From Phycisphaerales bacterium (GTDB lineage Bacteria; Planctomycetota; Phycisphaerae; Phycisphaerales; SM1A02), in NCBI GenBank assembly GCA_046350555.1, contig JAXMAF010000009.1, forward strand, positions 9,900-73,899: 64,000 nucleotides of DNA, read 5' to 3'. Shown here piece by piece: positions 49,250 to 58,876 of the stretch; position 1 is the stretch's first letter; every line of letters starts with the position of its first letter. The notes beneath the pieces were generated by a model. The model was not told the DNA's origin. It ran no database searches and saw only the letters and a list, made by a program, of their open reading frames with translations. The position numbers were made by a program, and so were the translations under genes.

Positions 49250-49353
49250 CCGCTTGAGAGACTTCCACTTTGCCAGGAGTCGTCGCGCGGCCACGAAGAA
49301 CCCGACACCGGCAGCGATGCCCGCCGCTGAAATCTCCAGCTCACCCGCGCAAT

Positions 49354-49369
49354 TGGCACGCGCCTCGCT
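49354..49369 (+). promoter_or_regulatory. Sigma-54 (-24/-12) promoter of the rsr'-rtcB-rtcA operon
   Basis: TGGCAC-gcgcc-TCGCT reads against the consensus TGGCAC-N5-TTGCW. It lies 38 nt upstream of the first ORF and faces the rtcR gene. Confidence 0.75.
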
Positions 49370-49406
49370 TCATGCGTCCCGTTCTCGCGAAACGAGGCGA
49401 CCACCA

Positions 49407-49970
49407 ATGGCCAACCGCTTCCTCTTCAACACTCGTTCATTCGCCCCCGACGCCATCTTGCCCGCGCCCGACACGGTCAACGAGGCCGGCGGCATGGCAC
49501 ACCGGCTCTCCGCGAAGGCGGCGCTGGCCGAGTACGCCTCGACCGGTTGCCTCAACGGCACGTTCTATGCCACGGCCGAGGGCCAGCTCACGAACGTGCT
49601 GGCGCTGGCGAACCAGTGCGACACCCGATTCGTCGCGAAGCTCGCGCTGCACTGCCGCTCGCGGGGACTCATGAAGGACATGCCGGCGCTCCTGTGCGCA
49701 ACGCTCGCGGTGCGCGACGGCGACCTCCTCGATGCGATCTTCGACCGCGTCGTCGACAACGCCCGCATGCTGCGCACCTTCGTGCAGATCGTGCGCAGCG
49801 GCGTCGCCGGGCGGCGCAGCCTCGGTTCGCGTCCGCGCCGGCTGGTTCGGCGCTGGCTCGAGGCCCGCAGCGACGCGGCGCTCCTGGCCGCGTCGGTGGG
49901 GAGCGACCCATCGCTGGCGGATGTGGTCCGCATGGTTCATCCGCGACTGGACCCGGATCGCCCGCGTTGA
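49407..49970 (+). pseudogene. rsr: Ro60/Rsr (TROVE domain) gene, N-terminal 187 codons only
   Basis: The sequence MANRFLFNTRS...VNEAGGMAHRLS...GTFYATAEGQL...FVAKLALHCRSRGLMKDMPALL...SLADVVRMVHP is colinear with bacterial Rsr N-termini. The ORF then ends (LDPDRPR*), and rtcB starts 93 nt later. Confidence 0.7.
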
Positions 49971-49993
49971 CGTCGGGCCTCTCCCCTTGTCTG

Positions 49994-50021
49994 CGCGGCT
50001 GCGGCCGCGGTCGCAGCCGCG
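49994..50021 (+). other. GC-rich stem-loop between rsr' and rtcB
   Basis: CGCGGCTGCG-gccgcggt-CGCAGCCGCG forms a 10-bp perfect stem with an 8-nt loop. No U-tract follows. A small GAGTCGACTC palindrome lies 10 nt downstream. Confidence 0.5.
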
Positions 50022-50063
50022 TCGAATGCCGGAGTCGACTCGGTCATTTCGAAGGAACCATCA

Positions 50064-51593
50064 ATGTCCACCGACAGCTCCATCACGATCCCGACGCTCG
50101 TTCCCACCGGCCCGGCGACCGCGATCCTGCCCATCGACGGCGTGCGCGACGTCACCGTGATCGGCACGCCCGCGATCCGCGGCACGCTCGACGCGGGGTG
50201 CCTGCGGCAGACCATCAACTCGGCGATGGCGCCGGGCGTGTCCCGTGTCGTCCTCAACCCCGACGCCCACGTCGGCTACGGCGCGCCGATCGGCTGCGTC
50301 CTGGCCAGCCCGACACACGTCTATCCGGGTCCCGTCGGCGTGGACATCAAGTGCTCGATGTCGCTGCTCTCGCTCGATCTCGACCGCTCGGCGGTCGACG
50401 ATCGCGCTGTCCGCCGCGCGCTGATCGACGCCATCTGCCAGCGCGTTCCGACCGGCGCAGGCAAGGGCCAGCGCTCGGTGCGCAAATCGCGCCACGTCGA
50501 CTACCAGCTTGGCAAGCGCGTGGTGACCGAGGGCGCCTCGACCGGCGTCTGCGAGGCGCTGGGCATCCCGCCGGAGTGGGCGTCGCGCTGCGAGGACTCG
50601 TTCCACCGCGGTCACGACGGCTCCGTCGAGGCCTTGTCGGCGCGGCTCGAGCGCTTCCTGGCGGCCGGCGCCGCGGGCGACCCGCGGGCGATTCCCTATC
50701 AGCCCCGGTTCGGCGACAAGGCCGGCCAGCTCGGTTCCTATGGCGGCGGAAACCACTTCGGCGAGTGCGAGGTGGTCGAGGTCGCGCCGGACGATCGCGC
50801 CCGCAGCGCCGCCGAGGCCTTCGGACTTCGCGACGGCGGCGTCGCGTTCCTCTCGCACTGCGGCTCGCGCGGCATCGGCAACGACCTTGCGATGGGGCAG
50901 TTCCGCGCCATGAAGGCGCTCTTCACCGAGCGCGGCTGGAGCGTACCCGGCGACGACTGGCACATGGTGCACGCCGAGCTCGGCACGCCCGAGGCGAACG
51001 CGTACCTGGACGACATGGCGCTCGGCGCGAATTTCGCGACCGTGAACCACATGCTCATCAACGCCCTCGTTCTCGAGGCGTTCCAGCAGGTGTTTCCCGG
51101 AATCAACGGACGGCTCGTGTACTTCATCAGCCACAACATCGCCCGACTCGAGGAAGTCGACGGCGGACCGCACTGGGTGCATCGCAAGGGCGCCACGCGC
51201 GCGTTCCCGGCGGGCCACGCGGCGCTCGCCGGAACGCCCTTCGCCGACACCGGCCATCCCATCCTGCTGCCGGGCGATCCACAGCGCGGAAGCGCCGTCA
51301 TGGTCGCCGAGCCGGGTGCGGCGCTGTCGTGCCACTCGGTGAACCACGGCGCCGGCCGCGTGATGGGGCGCAAGGCGGCGTTCCGGACGCTCGACCAGCG
51401 CACGGTGAACGAGTCGTTCGATCGAAGCGACATCCTGACCAACTGCCGGAACTATCCATTGGACGAGTCGCCCGCGGCCTACAAGGACTTCGACGAGGTG
51501 CTGCGCTCGGTCGAGCTCGCGGGCCTGGCGCGCCGGGTGGCGCGGCTGAAGGCGCGCTTCGTGATCAAGGATGGCGACAGTCCGGACGATTGA
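50064..51593 (+). CDS. rtcB: RNA-splicing ligase RtcB (long, 509-aa form)
   Basis: Motifs VVLNPDAHVGYGAPIGCV, GVDIKCSM, GSYGGGNHFGE, SHCGSRGIG, HNIA...HRKGATRA, SVNHGAGR. AAGGA lies 8 nt upstream of the ATG. Confidence 0.93.
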   Translation: MSTDSSITIPTLVPTGPATAILPIDGVRDVTVIGTPAIRGTLDAGCLRQTINSAMAPGVSRVVLNPDAHVGYGAPIGCVLASPTHVYPGPVGVDIKCSMSLLSLDLDRSAVDDRAVRRALIDAICQRVPTGAGKGQRSVRKSRHVDYQLGKRVVTEGASTGVCEALGIPPEWASRCEDSFHRGHDGSVEALSARLERFLAAGAAGDPRAIPYQPRFGDKAGQLGSYGGGNHFGECEVVEVAPDDRARSAAEAFGLRDGGVAFLSHCGSRGIGNDLAMGQFRAMKALFTERGWSVPGDDWHMVHAELGTPEANAYLDDMALGANFATVNHMLINALVLEAFQQVFPGINGRLVYFISHNIARLEEVDGGPHWVHRKGATRAFPAGHAALAGTPFADTGHPILLPGDPQRGSAVMVAEPGAALSCHSVNHGAGRVMGRKAAFRTLDQRTVNESFDRSDILTNCRNYPLDESPAAYKDFDEVLRSVELAGLARRVARLKARFVIKDGDSPDD

Positions 51594-51606
51594 GGCGGAC
51601 CCACCC

Positions 51607-52644
51607 ATGACCAACCCGCCCATCATCATCGACGGTTCCCGCGGCGAAGGCGGCGGGCAGATGCTGCGCACGTCGCTCGCGCTTTCAATGGCAACGGGAC
51701 GGGCGCTGCGCATGACCTCCATCCGCGCGAATCGCCCCAAGCCCGGACTCATGCGCCAGCACGTGACCGCGGTCGAGACCGCGGCCGCGGTGTGCGGCGC
51801 GGCGGTGGCCGGCGCATCGGTCGGCTCGGCCGTGCTCGACTTCGCGCCGGGCGAGGTGGTTCCGGGCGACCACGAGGTCCGCATCGGCACCGCCGGCAGC
51901 ACGACGCTTGTGCTCCAGACCGTGCTGTGCGCGCTCGCCTTCGCGGCATCGCCGTCGACCATCGCGATCGAAGGCGGCACGCACAACCCGCACGCGCCGA
52001 CGGTCGACTTCCTGCGCGGGGCGTTCCTGCCGGCGCTGGGCCGAATGGGCCTGCTCGTCGACGTCGCGTGCGAGCGCCCCGGGTTCTATCCGGCCGGCGG
52101 CGGCCGCATCGTCGCGCGCATCGAGCCGGGGTCGCCCAAGGCGCTGGGGCTGACACAGCGCGGCGCGATCCTCCGTGGTCGGGCCACCGCGATGGTGGCC
52201 GGGCTCCCCGGCGACATCGCCGTGCGCGAGATCGCCGTGCTGCGCGAGCGACTCTCGTCGGCGCCCGGCTTCGGCGGCGGCGACGACTGCTTCCGCATCG
52301 AGCATCGGCGCGACCGCGGTCCCGGCAACGTCGTGACCATCGAGGTCGAGGCAGAAGGCGCCCGCGAGGTCTTCGTCGGCTTCGGCGCCCAGGGCGTGCC
52401 CGCCGAGAAGGTCGCCCACCAGGCCGCCGACGAGGCGCTGGCGTGGATCGCGGCGGATGTCCCCGTGGGCCCGCACCTCGCGGATCAGCTCCTGCTGCCG
52501 ATGGCGCTCGCCGGCGCCGGTCGGTTCACCACGAGCTCGCTCTCGCCGCACGCAACAACGAACATTGAGGTGATCGAGCGGTTTCTCGCAGCGCGCTTCC
52601 ACACGAGCGAACTCGATGGCCGCGTGCTGGTCGCGCTGGAATGA
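51607..52644 (+). CDS. rtcA: RNA 3'-terminal phosphate cyclase RtcA
   Basis: It is colinear with E. coli RtcA: IIIDGSRGEGGGQMLRTSLALS, KPGLMRQHVTAVE, GTAGSTTLVLQTVL, GFYPAGGG, HLADQLLLPMALAG, TNIEVIERFL. Confidence 0.93.
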   Translation: MTNPPIIIDGSRGEGGGQMLRTSLALSMATGRALRMTSIRANRPKPGLMRQHVTAVETAAAVCGAAVAGASVGSAVLDFAPGEVVPGDHEVRIGTAGSTTLVLQTVLCALAFAASPSTIAIEGGTHNPHAPTVDFLRGAFLPALGRMGLLVDVACERPGFYPAGGGRIVARIEPGSPKALGLTQRGAILRGRATAMVAGLPGDIAVREIAVLRERLSSAPGFGGGDDCFRIEHRRDRGPGNVVTIEVEAEGAREVFVGFGAQGVPAEKVAHQAADEALAWIAADVPVGPHLADQLLLPMALAGAGRFTTSSLSPHATTNIEVIERFLAARFHTSELDGRVLVALE

Positions 52645-52747
52645 AGGCCGTCGCGCACGGCGTGGACGGACACGCTCGCTGGCGCTCGCGGCTCCGATGG
52701 GGACCGCGTTGGGTGGGACGGCGCGTACGCTCTCACGGGAGGCTTCG

Positions 52748-55700
52748 ATGAACCTTGGAACTCTTTGTTCGTCTGCGATCGCTCTCGCAGCCGGTGTCGC
52801 GCCGCTCGCGTTTCCCGCCACGCTGGCCACCTACAACGGCAACGGCGGCAACACCAACTGGTCGAACGCCCTGAACTGGACCCCGCCGACGGTGCCGCTC
52901 AACGGAGGGGTCTTCGACTACGACGTGGTGATTCCCGCGGGCAAGAGCGTGGTGCTCGACGCGGCCATGCCGGTTCTCACGTTCATCGACACGCTTGCCC
53001 TCGATTCGACGGCGACGCTGACGATCAACGCCCAACGTTCGCTCCAGGTGACCGGCGCAGCCCAGATCGGCGGGCTCGTGAACGTGTCGGGCGTCGGATC
53101 GGGGCTGAGCGCGTCGAACCCGTCGGGCATGCTCACCGGCACGCAGCCGCGGCTGCTCGTCTCGGCTGGCGGCACGGCGACCGCTGCGGGAACGAGCTAC
53201 ACCAACACGGCGCTCTTCAGTGCCGAGCTCCTCACGGCGTCGGGCGCGGGCAGCGCGCTGTCGCTTCCGGGCGTGCTGTCCATGACGCTGCGCGTGCTCT
53301 CCGGCTTCGGGAACGAGGTGAACACGATCCGCGCCGACGGCGGTGGCTCGCTCGATCTCGGCGACGTGCAGGCGATCATCCTCCAAGGCTCGAACGGAAG
53401 CGACCGCGCCGACTTCATCGTCGATTCGGCGGGCGTGCTCGATCTCTCCTCGCTCGCCGGCGCAACGTCGCTGGAGCTGGGCGACGTGATCCGCTTCGAC
53501 GTGCGCGCGAGCAACGCGCTGTCCCTGCCGGGGCTGGGCTCGGCCAGCGGCGTCGAGTTCCTGGTCGCGGCCGGTGCCGCCATCCAAGCGCCCGTGCTGG
53601 GCCTCCTCGACAAGTCGTTCGTGCGGCTCGACGGCGTGGGCGCGTCGTTCGTCACCGGCGGCGTGCCGAACATTCCCGACGCTCGCTTCGGCGCCTTCAA
53701 CGGCGCCGTGCTTGGCGCCGGCGTGATCACCGCGACGAGCTGGAGCGCGACGTCCTACTTCAACACCGAGCTGGCCCACGCCGCGGGCGGCGGGAGCCTC
53801 ATCGACCTGTCGACCGTCGCCTCCGCCACGTTCCTCGTGAACTCCGGCTTCGGCGCCGAGGTGAACACGCTCATCGCCGAGACGGGCGGCATGATCGACC
53901 TGTCGGGGCTTCAGACCGTCTCGCTCCAGCCGTCGAATGGCGCCGATCGGCTGGACTTCATCGCGCAGACGGGCGGCACGTTCGATCTTGGCGCCCTGGC
54001 CACGATCACCTCCACTGGCGGCGACGACGTCGTGCGGCTGGACGCGCGCAGCGGGGGAAACGCGCTGTCGCTTCCCGCGCTCACATCGGCGACGGGCGTC
54101 GAGCTCTTCGTCGGAAGTGGCTCGTCGATCGCCACGCCCGTGCTCGGCACGTTCAACCACAGCTTCGTGCGACTCGACGGCGCCGGCGCATCATGGCTCA
54201 CGGGCGGCGTGCCGAACATTCCCGACGCGCGCTTCGGCGCCTTCAACGGGGCCGCGCTCGGCTCGGGCATGATCACCGCGACCAACTGGAACGCGACGGC
54301 GTACTTCAACACCGAACTCGCCCACGCCGCCGGTGCGGGAAGCCTGCTCGACCTTTCGACCATCTCGTCGGCGACGTTTCTCGTGAACTCCGGCTTCGGC
54401 ACCGAGGTGAACTCACTCATCGCCGAAACGAGCGGCGCCGTCGATCTGTCGGGGCTCCAGACGATCACGCTCCAGCCGTCGAACGGCCCGGATCGCGTCG
54501 ACGTGATCGCGCAGACTGGCGGGGCATTCGATCTCGGATCGCTCGCCACGATCACGTCGACGGGAGGCGACGATTACCTCCGGCTCGACATGCGCAGCGG
54601 CGGGATCTTCCTGGCGCTGCCGGCGCTCACGTCGGCGACGGGCGCCGAGCTCTTTGTCGGCGCCGGCTCTTCGATCATCGCGCCGGCGCTGGGCACCCTC
54701 AACCACAGCTTCGTCCGGCTCGATGGGCTCGGCGCATCGTTGCTCACGGGCGGCGTGCCGAACATTCCAGACGCCCGGTTCGGCGCCTTCAACGGCGCCG
54801 CGCTCGGCTCGGGGGCGATCACCGCGACAAGCTGGAGCGCGACCGGCTACTTCAACACGGAGCTGGCGCACGCGGCGGGCGCGGGAAGCATCATCGACCT
54901 CTCGACCATCCTGTCGGCGACGTTTCTCGTGAACTCCGGCTTTGGCACCGACGTGAACTCGCTCATCGCCGAGAATGGCGGCGTCGTGAACCTCGCCGGG
55001 CTCCAGACCATCACGCTCCAGCCCTCCAACGGACCTGATCGCGTGGACTTCATCGCCCAGGCGGGCGGCGCGTTCAATCTCGGCTCGCTCAAGACGATCT
55101 CGTCGCCGGGCGGCGATGACTTCGTCCGCTTCGACATCCGCAACGGAAGCGCCCTGTCGCTTCCGATGCTGACGAACGCCACGGGATCGCAGATGGTCGG
55201 CTCGGGGACCGGTTCGATCACGGCGCCACTCTTGAACTCGTACACGCACGGCCTGGTCCAGCTCACCGGGCCCGGCGCGAGCTTCGTGCGCGGGGCGACG
55301 CTGACCTCGATCGACGACGCGCTCTTCTATCTCTTCGCCGGCGCGACGCTCGCACCGTCGACGGTGTCGGCGACGTCGTGGACGTGCAACGACTTCTTCG
55401 GCATCGAGCTCCTGCGCTCGTCGGGCGCGGGCAGCATGCTCGCGCTGCCGAGCCTCGAGACCGTCACCATCGGGAACCCGTCCGGCTTCGGCACCGACGT
55501 AAACACGATCCGCGCCGACGCGGGAGGCGCGATCGACCTCTCGGGCGTCGAGACGATCACGCTGGAATCCACGAACGGCCCCGACCGGCTCGACGTGGTG
55601 ATCGAGGGCGGCGGCATGATCGACCTTTCGGCGCTCGAGGCCGTCACGTCGCTCGGCGCCGACGACGCCGTCCGATTCGACGTGCGGGCGACGGGAAACG

Positions 55701-57076
55701 CGCTGTCGCTTCCATCGCTCGCCGCGACCGACGGCGTGCAGTTCTTCGTCGGCTCGGGTTCGTTCGTGATCGCGCCGGCGCTGGAGACGCTCAAACGGTC
55801 GTTCATCCGGGTCGATGGGCTCGGTGCGACGTTCGACACGTCCGGGATCGACACGATCACCGACTCGATCTTCGGCGCCTTCAACGGCGCGACGCTGGAG
55901 GGCGACGTGGTGAGCGCCTCGACCTGGTCGAACACGTTCTTCTTCAACACGGAACTCGCCCGGGCGTCGGGCAGCGGCAGCTTCCTCCTGCTGCCCAGCG
56001 TGGTCGATGCGATCTTCGCGGTCAATTCCGGCTTCGGCGCCGAGGTCGATTCGCTGCGCGCCGACCTCGGCGGGACGATCGAGATGGGCGGTCTCGAGAC
56101 GATCGTTGTGAACAGCACGGGTGGCCTCGACCGCGTCGACGTGATCGCCGAGTCGGGCGGCGTCGGCGGCTTCGGCGCGCTTCGTTCCGTCGCGGTGGCG
56201 GGCGACGAGACGATGCGGTTCGTGGCCCAGGGCACGTCGTCCTTGCTGGAGATCGGGCCGCTTCGGGCGATCGCGGGCCACGTCGACCTGGTCGCCGCGA
56301 CCGGCGGCATGGTGACGGCGGGCGGCTTCGGCGGCTCGGCGACATCGACGATCTCCGTCACCGGCGCAGGCTCGACACTCGACGTGGCGTGCCCGTTCAT
56401 CCTCGGCGGCGGCGCCGGCGGCAACGTCTTCGGCGCCGGCAACGTGATCACGGTGCGAGGATCCATGAGCCACACGCTGGTGAACGAGACGCTGCTCCAG
56501 GCGTCGACGGCGGTCTTCATCTTCGATGGTGGCGGCAACGCGACGCAGTGGCAGCGCATGGAGGTCGCCGGTGTCGACAGCGGCCCGGTGAACCCGCGCA
56601 ACAACGGCAACTTCGGGCTCGGCCAGCTCGTTGTCGGCGACGAGATGCCGACGCTGCTTCAGCTCACCGATCTCGTCGACAACGGCAACGGCGACGTCGA
56701 GGCGCTGTATCTCTTCGGTGTCGCGTCAAGCCCCGTTGGATCGAACAACGGCCTGGTGCTGGGCTCGGGTTCGACGTTGGTGATCGACCAGATCCCCGTT
56801 TACGCCTTCAACGGCGGTGCCTGGGTTGCGCTCCAAGCGCTCTTCGGACCCGGCCAGACATGCGTCCCGTTCGGCGGCGGGATCGTCTGTCGCACGCTGC
56901 CGGGCATCGACATCTACGACCTCAACGGCGATGGCGTTGTCAACGGGGCAGACCTCGGCCTCCTGCTGGCCTCGTGGGGCGACAACAGCGGCGGGCTGTG
57001 CGTGCGGGCGGACATCGACATCAACGGCGTGGTCGACGGTGCGGATCTGGGGCTCTTGCTCGCCAACTGGGGATGA
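52748..57076 (+). CDS. Secreted giant repeat protein (1442 aa): N-terminal NWS..W module, six tandem 182-aa units, and a double dockerin-like tag
   Basis: The ATG at 52748 gives MNLGTLCSSAIALAAGVAPLAF. Unit starts at 53618, 54164, 54710, 55256 and 55802 are exactly 546 nt apart. The C-terminus is [21 protein letters not shown]...[22 protein letters not shown]. Confidence 0.88.
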   Translation: MNLGTLCSSAIALAAGVAPLAFPATLATYNGNGGNTNWSNALNWTPPTVPLNGGVFDYDVVIPAGKSVVLDAAMPVLTFIDTLALDSTATLTINAQRSLQVTGAAQIGGLVNVSGVGSGLSASNPSGMLTGTQPRLLVSAGGTATAAGTSYTNTALFSAELLTASGAGSALSLPGVLSMTLRVLSGFGNEVNTIRADGGGSLDLGDVQAIILQGSNGSDRADFIVDSAGVLDLSSLAGATSLELGDVIRFDVRASNALSLPGLGSASGVEFLVAAGAAIQAPVLGLLDKSFVRLDGVGASFVTGGVPNIPDARFGAFNGAVLGAGVITATSWSATSYFNTELAHAAGGGSLIDLSTVASATFLVNSGFGAEVNTLIAETGGMIDLSGLQTVSLQPSNGADRLDFIAQTGGTFDLGALATITSTGGDDVVRLDARSGGNALSLPALTSATGVELFVGSGSSIATPVLGTFNHSFVRLDGAGASWLTGGVPNIPDARFGAFNGAALGSGMITATNWNATAYFNTELAHAAGAGSLLDLSTISSATFLVNSGFGTEVNSLIAETSGAVDLSGLQTITLQPSNGPDRVDVIAQTGGAFDLGSLATITSTGGDDYLRLDMRSGGIFLALPALTSATGAELFVGAGSSIIAPALGTLNHSFVRLDGLGASLLTGGVPNIPDARFGAFNGAALGSGAITATSWSATGYFNTELAHAAGAGSIIDLSTILSATFLVNSGFGTDVNSLIAENGGVVNLAGLQTITLQPSNGPDRVDFIAQAGGAFNLGSLKTISSPGGDDFVRFDIRNGSALSLPMLTNATGSQMVGSGTGSITAPLLNSYTHGLVQLTGPGASFVRGATLTSIDDALFYLFAGATLAPSTVSATSWTCNDFFGIELLRSSGAGSMLALPSLETVTIGNPSGFGTDVNTIRADAGGAIDLSGVETITLESTNGPDRLDVVIEGGGMIDLSALEAVTSLGADDAVRFDVRATGNALSLPSLAATDGVQFFVGSGSFVIAPALETLKRSFIRVDGLGATFDTSGIDTITDSIFGAFNGATLEGDVVSASTWSNTFFFNTELARASGSGSFLLLPSVVDAIFAVNSGFGAEVDSLRADLGGTIEMGGLETIVVNSTGGLDRVDVIAESGGVGGFGALRSVAVAGDETMRFVAQGTSSLLEIGPLRAIAGHVDLVAATGGMVTAGGFGGSATSTISVTGAGSTLDVACPFILGGGAGGNVFGAGNVITVRGSMSHTLVNETLLQASTAVFIFDGGGNATQWQRMEVAGVDSGPVNPRNNGNFGLGQLVVGDEMPTLLQLTDLVDNGNGDVEALYLFGVASSPVGSNNGLVLGSGSTLVIDQIPVYAFNGGAWVALQALFGPGQTCVPFGGGIVCRTLPGIDIYDLNGDGVVNGADLGLLLASWGDNSGGLCVRADIDINGVVDGADLGLLLANWG

Positions 57077-57245
57077 GCCTCGGGTGCGATCGGCGGGGGC
57101 GTCGGCGCGGCGGTCCAGTGTCGAAACAGGTGTGGCCACGACGTCCACTGTTCGAATAACCGTCAGGTCCTCAGGCCCGCACGGCAAAGGTCACGCACCG
57201 AGTATTGTCGCCAATTCGGATGTCCGTGGGACCGGGGCAAGCTCA

Positions 57246-57349
57246 AGATGACCATGAACCGATGCGGTGGGCGCCGAATGACCGACATCCGGCCATTCGG
57301 CGCGGTGGTACGATCGTCCCGCGTCGAAACAGGTGTGGTCGTGATGCCT
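57246..57349 (+). repeat. Family B repeat, copy B2
   Basis: See B1. It has the same orientation. Partial B-type ends (GAAACAGGTGTGGCCAC) also occur at 57119-57146 and 57355-57375. Confidence 0.65.
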
Positions 57350-57445
57350 TGCCCGAAGCAGGTGTGGCCACATGTCTTCCTCTCAGGGAGATTCCGGCTG
57401 TTTCATTTGAGCATCCGCGGGTGGTGGAATCGCCAGCCCCGATGA

Positions 57446-57859
57446 TCAGAGTGGAGGTACTTCGAGCTTTCGCATGTCCCAATGCGACCACCTATTCTGA
57501 ATGAACGACTCCCCGATGGGGGTGGACTCGTAGGAACACGACTCAGAGTCCTTGTTGATCCCGTAGTTGGTCCGAAGCAGCCGACGGGCTAGAAGTTCGC
57601 GCAACGCCAACTGATAGCGAGTCCCAAGTTCCGCCCGTCGCGCGTCGCTGAGCGTCTCCGGCTTTTCATCTCCTTCGCACAGAAATGCAATACCAAACTG
57701 ATCGATGAACCCGATTCGCTTTGTGTTGAACACCACAGCGAGAGCGGCTGTAGCCGCGTAGCGCCCCATGATCCAGTTGGCATCTCTGGACAGCTCGGCT
57801 GCGAGCGCCTCGAAGTACTCATCACGAGTGGCCTCGTAGGCGACCGCAGCCTCGATCAT
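57446..57859 (-). CDS. Hypothetical protein (137 aa) in a lower-GC patch
   Basis: From the ATG at 57859: MIEAAVAYEATRDEYFEALAAELSRDANWIMGRY...FIQNRWSHWDMRKLEVPPL. The composition is mixed and protein-like, and the GC content is visibly lower. The upstream part of the ORF runs through tandem repeats and was discarded. I recognise no family. Confidence 0.5.
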   Translation of the reverse strand: MIEAAVAYEATRDEYFEALAAELSRDANWIMGRYAATAALAVVFNTKRIGFIDQFGIAFLCEGDEKPETLSDARRAELGTRYQLALRELLARRLLRTNYGINKDSESCSYESTPIGESFIQNRWSHWDMRKLEVPPL

Positions 57860-57905
57860 CGCGTCGGCGATGCTGTCAACTGACTCGGGTCCCGTGTACT
57901 GAAGG

Positions 57906-58000
57906 GACCGAACCTGGCCACGCACGACCGAACCTGGACCGAGCTTGGCCACGACCGAACTTGGCCACGCATAACCGACCCTGGCCAAACCGACCCTGGC
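57906..58000. repeat. Degenerate tandem array of GACCGAxCxTGGCCAC units (5-6 copies)
   Basis: Read directly: gaccgaacctggccacgcac, gaccgaacctg, gaccgagcttggccac, gaccgaacttggccacgcat, aaccgaccctggccaa, accgaccctggccacgcac. Confidence 0.7.
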
Positions 58001-58193
58001 CACGCACGTCGATCGCAAAACTTCCACATCCGTCGCCCGAGCCCATTTCGCGTGTATCTTCCGCATCGCTTCGCGAGGATCCTCTCGCGAGGGTCGCCGG
58101 CGCGCTCCCGGGGGTTCCGGATCAGCGTTCGCCGATGCCGCTCGTTGACGCGTCGCGCGGCTCCCTCGAGCCCGCGCCGCCGGGGGTTGTGCC

Positions 58194-58876
58194 ATGGCCG
58201 TTCCGCGGCTCGTTGCTCGTGGATGAATCCGAATCGGGCCTCTATCACTGCGTCTCGCGCTTGCGTCCGCCGCGCGCTCCTGCTCGCGGCGGACGACGAT
58301 CACCGCCGCGACCTGGACTCGTCGAGCGGCTGCGGACGCTCTGCTCGGCGTTCGCCATCGGCGTGGTCGCGTTCGCGGTGATGAACAGCCACCTGCACCT
58401 GATCCTGCGGACGCTGCCCGAGGCCGTCGGTGCGTGGCCGGACCGAGTCGCCTGGTGGCTGCTCGTCCGGCCCCGCGCCGGCAGGGGAAGGGCGCGGCGT
58501 CGATGCCTCGGCGACGCCGCAGGATGCCGCGATCGACCGACTGCTCGCAGTTCCGGGCCGGGTCGCGGCGGCACCGCGAGCGGCTCTCGTCCCTGAAGCT
58601 GGTTCATGAAGGGGCTCCAAGGAGCCGATGGCGCGGCTGGCCAACGACGAGGACATCACCGGCCGCTTCTGGCAGGACCGCTTCCGCTGCCACCGCCTGC
58701 TCGACGACGCGGCGGTGCTCTGCGCGACGTACGTCGACCTCAATCCGATCAAGGCGGGGCTGGCGGACGGTCCTCGATGCCGCACCTCGGCAGCCGAGCA
58801 TCTTCTCCGCGCGAGCGGGAAACAGCAACGATGGCGATCGAGGCGCCGGGTGGAATCCCCCGACGCCGACACATGA
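58194..58876 (+). pseudogene. IS200/IS605-like Y1 (HUH) transposase / RAYT-like gene, with multiple frameshifts
   Basis: Pieces in three frames are colinear with planctomycetal Y1_Tnp-like proteins: LLVDESESGLYHCVSR | CVRRALLLAADDDHRRDLD | VERLRTLCSAFAIGVVAFAVMNSHLHLILR (HUH = HLH) | RERLSSLKLV | [43 protein letters not shown] (catalytic Tyr region). Degenerate C-terminal similarity may continue to about 59480. Confidence 0.65.

Noticed and set aside
48983-49294. The 104-codon N-terminal extension of the rtcR ORF (ORF track 47234..49294).
   Set aside because: The extension has no similarity to RtcR and runs through the divergent regulatory region and the 9-mer palindrome. The ATG at 48982 gives the canonical RtcR N-terminus.
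49971-50063. A Y RNA gene between the truncated rsr and rtcB.
   Set aside because: Only 93 nt are available. I see one simple hairpin but neither a long 5'/3' terminal stem with a bulged Ro-binding helix nor a tRNA-like module. A covariance-model search would still be needed to exclude it formally.
58194-58876. The RAYT-like pseudogene as the mobiliser of the family A repeats (a REPIN model).
   Set aside because: Family A copies carry matching 3-bp flanks (TCA/TCA or TGA/TGA), which indicates DDE-type target duplication. RAYT/REP systems do not generate such duplications. I therefore treat the proximity as coincidental or as related to other repeats.
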